A stretch of 64,000 nucleotides of DNA from Deltaproteobacteria bacterium (GCA_016875015.1 VGSJ01000003.1:11935-75934); one strand, 5' to 3'; positions 7,720 to 16,801 are shown, counted from the stretch's first letter. Notes: a model not told the origin generated them from the letters alone. A program made the numbers and translations.

Positions 7720-9966
7720 ATGATACGTCGCCTGGCCGCTTTCGTTAAGTCGCCCATCGCCCGCTGGATCGTCGGCGTCACCCTGCTGATGAGCGCCCTG
7801 CTCATCTGGCGCCCCACCTTCTGCGAGTTTTTCGAACTCAAGCTCTACGATCTCAAGTTCCGGTTCCGGGGCACCCTCCCGGCCAGCCGACAGGTAGTCA
7901 TCCTGGCCATTGACGACGACAGCCTGAAGGCCGTGGGCCGCTGGCCCTGGTCCCGGGAGGACATGGCCCGAATGCTCACCCGGCTGAAACAGGCCGGTCC
8001 CCGGGTCATCGCCCTGGACATCATCTTTGCCGAAAAGGAACAAACGGTATCTTACCATGCCCTCCGGAAGCTGAGCGAGGCCTTGGCCCGGCGGGGGGTC
8101 TCGCCGGAGATCCTCAAACTTCTGGAGGTGGAGAAAAAGCGGGCCGACGTGGACCGTCAACTGGCCGAGGTCCTCGGGCAGGGTCCCCCCGTCATCCTGG
8201 GGTTCTTTTTCCGGAACTTGGGCGGCAAGTCCGGCGGGGTTGAGGCGGAAAAGCTCATGGGGGCTTCTTTCCTCCAGGCCTCCACCTATAACGTGGTGCG
8301 GCTCCTGGACACCAAACCTTCCCAGGTCCACCTGGTCGGCGCCGCCGGAATCGAACGCAATCTTCCGGAAATCACCGAGACCGCGGCCGGCGACGGCTAT
8401 TTCAACATGATTCCCGATCCCGACGGCACCGTGCGCTGGTCTCCCATGGCCGTCATGTATGGCGGGCAGTTCTTTGCCCCCATGTCCCTGGTGACCCTGT
8501 CCCACGCCCAGGCGAAGGCCCCCATGGCCATCACCCTGTCCCAGTGGGGGGTGAAGGAGATTCGCCTCGGGCGGCAGTCGGTGCCCGTGGACCGCTATGG
8601 CCGCATGCTCATCAATTTCCTGGGCCCCGAGACCGTCATACCCACCTATTCCGCCGCCGCCCTCCTGGACGGCACCCTGCCGGCCGAGGCCCTGAAGGAC
8701 AAGGTCGTCATCGTCGGGGCCACCGCGGTGGGCATCTATGACCTCCGGGTGACGCCTTTCTCCGGGAACTTCCCCGGGGTGGAGGTGCAGGCCACCATCA
8801 TGGACAACCTGCTCCGCGGCAATTTCATCCGCACCCCACCCTTCGGCCTGATCATCATGCTGCTGGTCCTGGTGGCTCTGGCAGTCATGCTGGGCCTGAC
8901 GCTGCCCCGGTTCTCCGCCGCCTGGGCCTTAATCTTCACCCTCATCGTCATAGAAAGCTACGTGGCCCTCAACTATGTCCTGTTCACCAGTCAGGGCCTG
9001 CAACTGGAACTGTTCTATCCCCTGGGCCTCATTGTCCTGGTCTACCTGGGGGTCACCATGCAGCGATTCCTGGCGGAGGAACGGGAGCGGGAGCGCATCC
9101 GCAAGACCTTTGAATCCTACGTGGCCCCCGCCGTCGTCCAGGAGATGCTGAAGCACCCCGAGCAGCTGCGCCTGGGAGGGGAGCGCCGGGAGATCACCGT
9201 CCTGTTCACCGACATCCGGGGCTTCACCACCATGTCGGAAAACCTGGCCCCCGAGGCTTTGGTAAAACTCCTCCACGACTTCCTCAATCCCATGAGCAAC
9301 ATTATCATCAACCAGGGGGGGACCATCGACAAGTACATGGGCGACGCCATCATGGCCCTCTTCGGGGCCCCGCTCATCCAGATGGACCATCCCCGCCTGG
9401 CTTGCCGGGCCGCCCTGGAGATGGTGGCCACCCTGGAGGCCCTGAACCGGACCTGGGCCGAGCAGGGCCGCCCGCCCCTGAAGGTCGGGGTCGGGGTCAA
9501 CACCGGCCCGGTGGCCGTGGGCAACATGGGCTCCGACCGGCTGTTCGACTACACCGCCATCGGCGACAACGTGAATCTGGCCTCCCGTCTGGAGGGGCTC
9601 AACAAATACTACGGCACCAGCATCCTCATCAGTGACGCCACCGCGCAAGCCCTAAAAAACGGCTTCATCCTCCGGGATGTGGACCTGGCAAGGGTCAAGG
9701 GCAAGGCCCAGGGGGTCCGCATCCATGAGTTGCTGGGAGAAGGCGAGCCGGGCCCGGACCTGGCCCGGTTCCTCGACTTATACCACCGGGCCCTGGCCCT
9801 CTACCGGGAGAAGCGCTTCGCCGAGAGCGTGTCCGCCTTCACCGAGACCCTAAAAGTGCGCCCCGGCGACGAGACCTGCCATCGCTACCTCACCCTGGCC
9901 CAGAAGCACCACGAAATCCCCCCCACCGACGACTGGGAAGCCGTAACGATCATGGATGGGAAGTAA
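7720..9966 (+). CDS. CHASE2-domain class III adenylate/guanylate cyclase with C-terminal TPR-like tail
   Basis: N-terminal TM helix, then a periplasmic CHASE2-type region (VVILAIDDDSLKAVGRWPWSRE...). TM cluster at aa ~365-440. Cyclase catalytic core: ITVLFTDIRGFTTMSE, KYMGDAIMALFGAP, GVNTGPVAVGNMGS, YTAIGDNVNLASRLEG. Confidence 0.9.
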   Translation: MIRRLAAFVKSPIARWIVGVTLLMSALLIWRPTFCEFFELKLYDLKFRFRGTLPASRQVVILAIDDDSLKAVGRWPWSREDMARMLTRLKQAGPRVIALDIIFAEKEQTVSYHALRKLSEALARRGVSPEILKLLEVEKKRADVDRQLAEVLGQGPPVILGFFFRNLGGKSGGVEAEKLMGASFLQASTYNVVRLLDTKPSQVHLVGAAGIERNLPEITETAAGDGYFNMIPDPDGTVRWSPMAVMYGGQFFAPMSLVTLSHAQAKAPMAITLSQWGVKEIRLGRQSVPVDRYGRMLINFLGPETVIPTYSAAALLDGTLPAEALKDKVVIVGATAVGIYDLRVTPFSGNFPGVEVQATIMDNLLRGNFIRTPPFGLIIMLLVLVALAVMLGLTLPRFSAAWALIFTLIVIESYVALNYVLFTSQGLQLELFYPLGLIVLVYLGVTMQRFLAEERERERIRKTFESYVAPAVVQEMLKHPEQLRLGGERREITVLFTDIRGFTTMSENLAPEALVKLLHDFLNPMSNIIINQGGTIDKYMGDAIMALFGAPLIQMDHPRLACRAALEMVATLEALNRTWAEQGRPPLKVGVGVNTGPVAVGNMGSDRLFDYTAIGDNVNLASRLEGLNKYYGTSILISDATAQALKNGFILRDVDLARVKGKAQGVRIHELLGEGEPGPDLARFLDLYHRALALYREKRFAESVSAFTETLKVRPGDETCHRYLTLAQKHHEIPPTDDWEAVTIMDGK

Positions 9967-10097
9967 GATTGTTGGATTAGCGACCACAAGATGAAGAGGA
10001 TTAAATCAGCGGGCAAGGCTCTTTTAACTTTCTAATCTCACTTCAAATATTGTCATTATATCGCAACATGTTGGAATGTGAAGATAGTGGCAAGCTG

Positions 10098-10745
10098 GTG
10101 CGCCACGAGGGCGCTTGGAGTAATAAGCGTGCGCAACTGCACGAGAGATGGGGGCGGGCCCCCCGGAGCCGGCTTGCAGGAGCAGGCTCCAAACCACCTT
10201 AAGCTGCGCTGGTTAAGAGCCAGGGTGGTGAGCGTTAAGGACAAGTCATGGCTAAAGACCGTGGCAGGTGAGGTTCAGGGAGACGAGCAGCCGCGAACCA
10301 CTGATGAGGTGTCGAAACACTAAAGACGACGTCAAAACTGGAGGCTAGCTTGACTCCAGGACAAACCCAGAGGGAACCTGCTTACTGCCTGGGTGGCGTC
10401 CGGCATAAAGGTGGCGTGAACCTGAACCAGGCTCTCGAGCGGAACGTGGGAACCTGTCGTCCCGATGTGAAGGGAGAAGCTCAAGTGGAGGACCCATGAG
10501 AGTGAGAGTACCGAGGCGGGGCACAGGGGCGGAACAACCCGTAGTAGCGAGGAAGTCCCGTAACAGGGATGGAGCGAAGGGGTTGTATCGATCGGCTTTA
10601 TTGGATGGTCAACCAGCAATGGGAGGAGCCATTGGGTAAGGCAAGGCCGTGTTATTGCGGTTGATCGATGGGAGCCGGATGAGTCGAGAGATTCATGTCC
10701 GGTTCTGGGAGGGCGTGGGGGTGAGATTCCCCCACGCTACTCGAC
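10098..10745 (+). mobile_element. ORF-less group II intron RNA (5' end ambiguous: 10098 or 10129)
   Basis: Canonical 34-nt domain V at 10672..10705: GAGCCGGAUGAGUC-GAGA-GAUUCAUGUCCGGUUC, with AGC triad, 2-nt bulge and GNRA loop. Domain VI hairpin at 10709..10742 has a bulged A at 10739, six nt before a terminal AC at 10745. The GUGCG 5' consensus occurs at 10098 and again at 10129. Domain IV is reduced to a ~90-nt hairpin, and there is no reverse-transcriptase ORF. Confidence 0.65.
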
Positions 10746-10977
10746 TCCACCCTTATAAAATCCATTACCGCGGGTTGATATGGATATCTTAGCTCTATCT
10801 CATACCCTGGCGACATTTAAAGTTTTAGTCCAAAGTGTCAGGTCTAATCCGGTCTCGGTTTGATGATTGTCAGTGCAACTCTTGGTCATTACCGCTTAGG
10901 CCAGGGGCTTTGCCGTATTTTCCGTATGTTCCCTAAGTGCCCCGTCCTACCCTTTCTTAAGAAAAATCTTACTCACT

Positions 10978-11565
10978 TCAATGCGACAAAAACGGCAGGT
11001 GAAAAAACAGGAAAAACCCGTTCAGGCATAACAGGGCGCCGAGAACGGCGGCGGTGAGGGCCACCCCAAAAATGGCCCGGGATTGGGACAGGATGGCCAC
11101 GGTGGCCATCACGATGGCAATCTGCAGCAGGACCTCGGAGAAGTCAAAATACGGGTCTTGGCGGCGGGCGGTATCCCGTTCGTGTTCCAGCTTGCGGGCG
11201 TCATTTTCGATGTCTTTCCGCTCCTTGCCGTAACGTTCCTCCTGGGTGGCCATCTGCTTGAGCAAGGTTTCGTAGCGCTGCCTGATCTCCGGCTTCAAGG
11301 CCTCTTTTTCCAGAAGGTCTAGCTCCAGGCGCATTTTCTGGCCGCGATAGAAATGCTCCCGGCCCGCCTTGGCCTGGTAAAAGGCCCACTGGTCTGACGC
11401 CTGCTGCTGGGCCAGGATCATTTCTTTCATGGCATTACTGCCGCCCAGGGAGCTGAAGGCCAGAATGACCGCAAAAATAGCGGTGGTGAGGGCCACCCGC
11501 CGGGTAAATTTGTGACTCATGACCTCTTCCAGCTCTTCGGGCTTGGGGAGTTCAACTTCGGCCAT
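10978..11565 (-). CDS. DUF4337-like membrane protein
   Basis: 195 aa with an N-terminal TM helix (VALTTAIFAVILAFSSL), a coiled-coil middle (QQQASDQWAFYQAKAGREHF...) and a C-terminal TM pair. This pattern matches what I recall of DUF4337. Confidence 0.6.
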   Translation of the reverse strand: MAEVELPKPEELEEVMSHKFTRRVALTTAIFAVILAFSSLGGSNAMKEMILAQQQASDQWAFYQAKAGREHFYRGQKMRLELDLLEKEALKPEIRQRYETLLKQMATQEERYGKERKDIENDARKLEHERDTARRQDPYFDFSEVLLQIAIVMATVAILSQSRAIFGVALTAAVLGALLCLNGFFLFFHLPFLSH

Positions 11566-11585
11566 ATCGGTTTTCTTTCGGGATG

Positions 11586-11768
11586 TTATTTCACAAAAAT
11601 TTTCATGCCGTCGGTGAGGGCCCCGTCGAGGCCCAGCTCATGGCCCCAGGCATCATAGGCCTTAAGCCCCCCAGCGATTTTCGCCATCTGTCCGGCGCCA
11701 ATCAAGGCGTGCCTTACCTGCATCCCCGGAACCAGATCCACGGGTTTCTGATTAACATATACCCGCAT
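11586..11768 (-). CDS. Small hypothetical protein (~60 aa), possibly beta-grasp/ThiS-like without a GG tail
   Basis: I trimmed track ORF 11586..11837 to the internal ATG at 11768 (MRVYVNQKPVDLVPGMQV...DGMKIFVK), because its upstream part overlaps the 5'-nucleotidase gene. The start lies 1 nt after that gene's stop codon. Confidence 0.45.
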   Translation of the reverse strand: MRVYVNQKPVDLVPGMQVRHALIGAGQMAKIAGGLKAYDAWGHELGLDGALTDGMKIFVK

Positions 11769-11769
11769 T

Positions 11770-13308
11770 TCAGTCCTCTGCTTTGATGCGGCCCTCCACT
11801 TGGGGGGCGATGGTTTTCCGGGCCTGGATTGCGGCAATCAGAAGGTCCCGCAGCCAGGTGCCGGGATCATTGTAGGCCAGTTTGCTGCTGGTGAGCGTGC
11901 CCCCCAGGTTGGCATAATCGCCGGTGCTTTTCAGGGCCTCGCCAAAGACCGTATAACCGTCCCCCCCGGCGGCCAGAAAATCGACGGTAGCCACCACGTA
12001 CTCTTTCTGGGGGTCCAGAGGCCGGCCTCCGACGATGACGTCCTTAACCCGGGAGCCCGCCGGGGCGCTGCGGCTGTAGGTAAAGGTGAGCCCCGAGACT
12101 TGGGGGAAGCCGCCCACCGGCTCTTCCAGGCGGGAGACGCCGTGTTCCAGGGCAGCCTTGAGCTGCGCCCCGGTCAGGCTGATGGCCACTAGGTAGTTGT
12201 CAAAGGGGAGCGCGGCATAGATGTCCTTCACGGCGATCTTGCCCGGCGCGACGCCGGTTCTGATGCCGCCGCCGTTGATGATGGCGACCTCAGCCCCGGC
12301 AGCCTGGCGCATGACGTCCGCGACGAAATTCCCCAGGTTGGTTTCCCCGGTCCTGACGTGTTCCCCGTCCAGGGCCACCTGGGTCTCGCCGATGGCCCGA
12401 TGCAAGAGGGGGCCGGTCTGGCGCTCATAACGGGCCACAATATCCTGGACCTGGCAATTTGCGGCGCCGGTGGCTGGGCTGATCTCCTCAAGAGCCCCGT
12501 CGAACCCCACGACCTTCCCGTTTTTTACCTTAAGGTTCAAAACCCCCAGGGCCTTGGCATGTTCCCAGGCCTGGACGATGATGGTCCGGCCCACCCGCTC
12601 CGGTTGGAGCATCTTCGTGTGGGAGTGCCCGCCGACGATGACATCAATCCCCGGGACCCGGGCAGCCAGTTCTTTGTCCGCCTGAAAGCCGCAGTGAGAC
12701 AGGACGACAACAACATCGGCCCGGCCCTTAAGTTGGGGGAGATACTTCTTAACCGCACTCTCCGGGGTGCTGAAGGACAGGCCCGCTACATTCCGGGGAT
12801 GGGTGGTGACGGGGGTGTCCGGGGTAACTACGCCGATGATGGCGATTCTGACCCCCTGGAGATTTTTGATGACATAGGGCTTGAGGGCCGGGAGACCTTT
12901 AACGTTGGCTCCCAGCATGGGGAAGCGGGCTTGGGCCATCCTTTCTTTTAAGACCCTGGGGCCGAAATCAAACTCATGGTTGCCCACCACCATGGCGTCG
13001 AATTTCATGGCATTCATCACCTCGATGGTGGATTTGCCCCGAAAAAGATTGGCCCAGGCGTTCCCCTGGATCATATCCCCGGCGGCCAGCAATAAAGACG
13101 GTGATTTTCCCCGAGCCCGGTCCACGGCTCCCGCCAGATAGGCGATCCCCCCCAGGGGCGCGTCGCTGCCGGTGGGTTTATAGGGCTCGGCAAAGCCATG
13201 AAAATCATTGACATAGAGGATTTTCAGGGCGACCTGGTTCGCATGACCCCAGGGCGCCAGGATGACCAGCAGGAGAATACTGAGAAGCGCAATGCGGAAT
13301 TTTTTCAT
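11770..13308 (-). CDS. Periplasmic bifunctional metallophosphatase / 5'-nucleotidase (UshA/CpdB family)
   Basis: Signal peptide MKKFRIALLSILLLVILAPWGHA. Calcineurin-like motifs NDFHGF, GDMIQGN, GNHEFDFG and GGHSH, plus a C-terminal 5'-nucleotidase domain. Confidence 0.85.
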   Translation of the reverse strand: MKKFRIALLSILLLVILAPWGHANQVALKILYVNDFHGFAEPYKPTGSDAPLGGIAYLAGAVDRARGKSPSLLLAAGDMIQGNAWANLFRGKSTIEVMNAMKFDAMVVGNHEFDFGPRVLKERMAQARFPMLGANVKGLPALKPYVIKNLQGVRIAIIGVVTPDTPVTTHPRNVAGLSFSTPESAVKKYLPQLKGRADVVVVLSHCGFQADKELAARVPGIDVIVGGHSHTKMLQPERVGRTIIVQAWEHAKALGVLNLKVKNGKVVGFDGALEEISPATGAANCQVQDIVARYERQTGPLLHRAIGETQVALDGEHVRTGETNLGNFVADVMRQAAGAEVAIINGGGIRTGVAPGKIAVKDIYAALPFDNYLVAISLTGAQLKAALEHGVSRLEEPVGGFPQVSGLTFTYSRSAPAGSRVKDVIVGGRPLDPQKEYVVATVDFLAAGGDGYTVFGEALKSTGDYANLGGTLTSSKLAYNDPGTWLRDLLIAAIQARKTIAPQVEGRIKAED

Positions 13309-13821
13309 GGTGATATTTTAGAGGATAGGGAGAATGGCGCAAGGAAAACTTAAGTCGCGGGTTTCTGGGAATGCCTAAAGCGTAATGGCCAAGACTTGGC
13401 CAGACAACCTCTCCATCACGGCATAATAACATCGGACCCCAAAGGATTCTGAAAATCCCCCCACAACAGGTCAATTTCGCTATGGAATAGCAAAATACCA
13501 ATCTCGCCCGATACCTTTTCCCCTTCATCCCCGGGGAACCAGCCGGGAGACCTCGATCAGGGGGCGCCTGCTCCTGGGCCATCCGGCAGCGCCGCAGTTC
13601 GGGTTCCATCTGCACCTCTGCCCGGCGCGTTGCCCCGCTTCCGGCTTGGCGTTATCAGTTTCCCCGCCCCCAGGTTCTCCCCCCTATTTAACAAAAAATC
13701 TACAGATACCGATAAATAAAATTAACGATGGCGATAAGGAAGTTGCCACCTCCTTATCATCTATCTCCATGACCATCTGAGCGGCGCTTCAGCATTACGG
13801 TCATCTTAAAGGAGATACTTC

Positions 13822-16278
13822 GTGCCCCAGAAGAACCCACGAACCAAACCGGATGAGGTCCTGCAGTCCCGGGCCAAAAAATTTCTGACCAAAACCGGCC
13901 CGGCCCCGGGCGACATCCCCACGACCGAGATTCAGAAGCTGCTGCACGAGTTGCAGATACACCAGGTCGCGCTGGACATGCAGAACGAGGAACTGCGCCG
14001 GGCTCGGGAGGAAACCGAGGCAGCTTGCGCCAAATATGCCGACCTCTATGACTTCGCCCCCATCGGCTATTTCATCTTCGACCCGCAGGGGGCAATTCTG
14101 GAGACCAATCTTGCCGGCGCCCGGTTATTGGGGCTGGAACGGGGCTCCCTTCTGCACACCCCGTTCGGGTCTTATGTCGCCCCGGCATTCCGGCCCGAGT
14201 TCACTGCTCACCTGGGTCAGGTTTTTGCCACCCAAGCCAGACAATTCTGCACCCTGCGGTTAGCCGCCCCAGAGGGCGCGGCGCTGCACGTGGCGCTGGA
14301 GAGCATTGTGGTCGAGGGTCCGGGCATCGGTCCCGCCCAATGCCGCTCTGCCGTCAGCGACTGCACGGCCCGCCAGCGAGCCGAAGGAGACCTGCGCCGC
14401 AGTGAGGAAAAATTTCATCGGCTCTTTGATCAGGCTCCTCTGGGATACCAGTCCCTGGATGAGGCGGGGCACATCCTCGAAGTGAATCAGACCTGGCTGG
14501 ACCTTTTGGGTTATTCCCGGGAGGAAGTGCTGGGCCGCTGGTTCGGCGCCTTTCTGCGGCCGGGCGCTAGGGACCTCTTGAAGGAATGTCTTACCTGCTT
14601 CAAGGCCGGCCGGGAGGTCAGCGGCGTCGAGTGGGAGATGGTGCGCCAGGACGGCGCCACCATCGTCGCCTCTTTTACCGGCAGGGTCATCCTGGACGAA
14701 CAAGGGAAGTTCCTCAGGACTCATGGTCTTCTCGAGGACACCACCGCCCGCAAGCAGGCCGAGGAGGAAATCAACACCACCATCGCCTTTCTGGAAAATA
14801 TCATTGCCTCCTCGGTCGACCCCATCGTCATCGTGGACGAACACGGCCGTTTTACCAAATGGAACCAAGCGGCGGCCGAGGCCTATGGCTGTGGGGCTGA
14901 GGGTCTGGCCGGCCAGACGGCCTTTGATTTCTACGCGGATAAGAACGCCATGGAGAAGATGCTGGGCCAATTGCGCCGGGATGGTTTTGTCCGGGGCTAT
15001 GAAATCGACATGCAGAAAAAGGACGGAACCATCGTCCCCTTCAGCCTGTCCATCGGGTTGTTCGGGGATGAGGGCGGGAAAAGCATTGGGAGCGTGTGCG
15101 TGGCCCGGGACCTGAGCGAAACCAGAAAGTCCATGGCAGAGTTGAGTCTCGTTAATGCCAAACTCCAGGGGCTGGTGGAGGAAGCCGAGAAGCGCAACCG
15201 GGAGCTCACCCTGATCAACTCCATGGCGGAAAAACTGCAATCGTGCCTCTCCCTTGACGAAGCTTATCCTCTTATTGCCCAGCATGTCCAGGCCTTATTC
15301 CCGGCCAGGTCAGGGGCCTTGTTCATCCAGAACCCCGCCAATAATCTTTTGGAAGCGGTTTTGACCTGGGGGGATGCCCCGGTTGAGGAACTGGCCTTTC
15401 CCCCCACTGATTGCTGGGCCCTCCGGCGCGGCCGGGAAAACCTGGGGGGTGGCCTTCACCGGGAGATGCGTTGCCGGCACGTGCCCCCCCGCCGGCCGGG
15501 CAATTATTTGTGTCTACCTTTGCTGGTCCACCGCGAGACCATGGGACTGTTGCATATCCAGGACCTCAGCGACATAACCCAGGAGCGGGCTGAGCCGCTT
15601 AAAACCCTGGCGGTGACCATCAGCGACCACATCTCCCTGGCCCTGGCCAACATCCGACTCAGGGAAACGCTGCGCCACCAGGTGGTCCACGACGCCCTCA
15701 CCGGCCTGTTTAACCGGCGCTACCTGGAAGAGACCCTGGAGCGGGAGATTTACCGGGGCCGGCGCAAGAGCGCCTCCCTGGGCCTCATTATGCTGGACCT
15801 GGACTACTTCAAGCATTTCAATGATACCTATGGCCACGAAGCGGGGGACAACCTGCTGCGCACCCTGGGAAAATTCCTGTCCGAGCGAGTGCGCCGGGAA
15901 GACGTGGCCTGCCGCTATGGGGGAGAAGAATTTGTCCTGATCCTGGCGGAAGCCTCTCAGGAGATAGTCCGACAACGGGCCGAGGACATCAGGCGGGAAT
16001 TCCCGAAGCTCCCGGTAGTGTATCGGGGCCGGATACTGGAGAGCGTCACGGTGTCCCTGGGAGTGGCCATGTTCCCGGAGCACGGCGCCACCGGCCGAGA
16101 CGTGCTCCGGGCCGCCGACGACGCCATGTACCGGGCCAAGGCCCAAGGCCGCAACCGGGTGGTAGTGGCAGAAAGCGGTGCGGCACGTCTTCGTGGTGAT
16201 GTTGGCCTACCTGCTGGAGCGGGAGTTGGCCCATTATTGGCGGCATCTCGACCTCACCGTCCGCGAGGCCTTGGATGA
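13822..16278 (+). CDS. Multi-PAS / GAF / GGDEF diguanylate cyclase (C-terminal ~45 aa are a chimeric read-through tail)
   Basis: GTG start after aaaggag. Coiled-coil N-terminus, three PAS-like segments, a GAF-like segment, then GGDEF with active-site RYGGEEF and the I-site-like RRED five residues upstream. The domain ends near RAKAQGRNRVVVAE; the remaining residues derive from the transposase remnant read in another frame. Confidence 0.9.
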   Translation: MPQKNPRTKPDEVLQSRAKKFLTKTGPAPGDIPTTEIQKLLHELQIHQVALDMQNEELRRAREETEAACAKYADLYDFAPIGYFIFDPQGAILETNLAGARLLGLERGSLLHTPFGSYVAPAFRPEFTAHLGQVFATQARQFCTLRLAAPEGAALHVALESIVVEGPGIGPAQCRSAVSDCTARQRAEGDLRRSEEKFHRLFDQAPLGYQSLDEAGHILEVNQTWLDLLGYSREEVLGRWFGAFLRPGARDLLKECLTCFKAGREVSGVEWEMVRQDGATIVASFTGRVILDEQGKFLRTHGLLEDTTARKQAEEEINTTIAFLENIIASSVDPIVIVDEHGRFTKWNQAAAEAYGCGAEGLAGQTAFDFYADKNAMEKMLGQLRRDGFVRGYEIDMQKKDGTIVPFSLSIGLFGDEGGKSIGSVCVARDLSETRKSMAELSLVNAKLQGLVEEAEKRNRELTLINSMAEKLQSCLSLDEAYPLIAQHVQALFPARSGALFIQNPANNLLEAVLTWGDAPVEELAFPPTDCWALRRGRENLGGGLHREMRCRHVPPRRPGNYLCLPLLVHRETMGLLHIQDLSDITQERAEPLKTLAVTISDHISLALANIRLRETLRHQVVHDALTGLFNRRYLEETLEREIYRGRRKSASLGLIMLDLDYFKHFNDTYGHEAGDNLLRTLGKFLSERVRREDVACRYGGEEFVLILAEASQEIVRQRAEDIRREFPKLPVVYRGRILESVTVSLGVAMFPEHGATGRDVLRAADDAMYRAKAQGRNRVVVAESGAARLRGDVGLPAGAGVGPLLAASRPHRPRGLG

Positions 16279-16450
16279 ACTGGGTTCGGTGCGGGGGATA
16301 GAACCGGCCATCGCCAACGTCAAATGCCAGAAAGTCCCCCAGCCCACCGGCCTCAACCAGGAATTGTTGGCCGCCGCCCAAGTAAAATCGCCGGATACCC
16401 TGCCCCTGAGGAAAACCCATGCAGCCACCAGAAAAACTGTCGGACAATTA
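16178..16450 (+). pseudogene. 3'-terminal fragment of an IS1634/IS4-like transposase
   Basis: Frame reads (M/V)RHVFVVMLAYLLERELAHYWRHLDLTVREALDELGSVRGIE...CQKVPQPTGLNQELLAAAQVKSPDTLPLRK. This resembles the C-terminal ~90 aa of IS1634-family transposases as I recall them. There is no upstream catalytic region. GC content drops abruptly after ~16450. Confidence 0.55.
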
Positions 16451-16801
16451 ATATATATTTGTATTTCAATATGTGATAGCATGCTTAATTATCACCTTAA
16501 AATGGAATATCCGTTGCAAGCAATCTTCCAGAAATTCACCGCATAATTTACTGGAATAGCCATATTAGCGGTTATCGGCTAATTTTCCCGGACATCCCCG
16601 GGTCATTTTGCAAGAGGCTCGATGGTAAAGAAGATTTTGGCCGGGATGGCGCGGTTGAGGTCGAACCCAAGGTGAACCGGTGCAGAAATAAAAAGAAAAA
16701 GAAAAATTAGGTAATTTGGCCTATGGACAACACCGGGAAAAAATTTTAACGTATGTATCAAAAGACTATATTGTCTATATATCTGAAAGGATGAAAGTCG
16801 G

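Noticed and set aside
10056-10619. Short ORFs inside the group II intron region: 10056..10244 (-), 10078..10323 (+), 10332..10619 (-).
   Set aside because: None resembles a reverse transcriptase or maturase. They overlap structured RNA domains and are best explained as chance frames.
13205-13615. 136-aa minus-strand ORF in the 5'-nucleotidase / diguanylate cyclase intergenic region.
   Set aside because: It overlaps the start of the nucleotidase gene, has an Arg/Pro/Cys-rich unconvincing composition and lacks an SD. The region is more likely divergent promoter/leader DNA. I also looked for riboswitch-like motifs (c-di-GMP classes) here and found none I could support.
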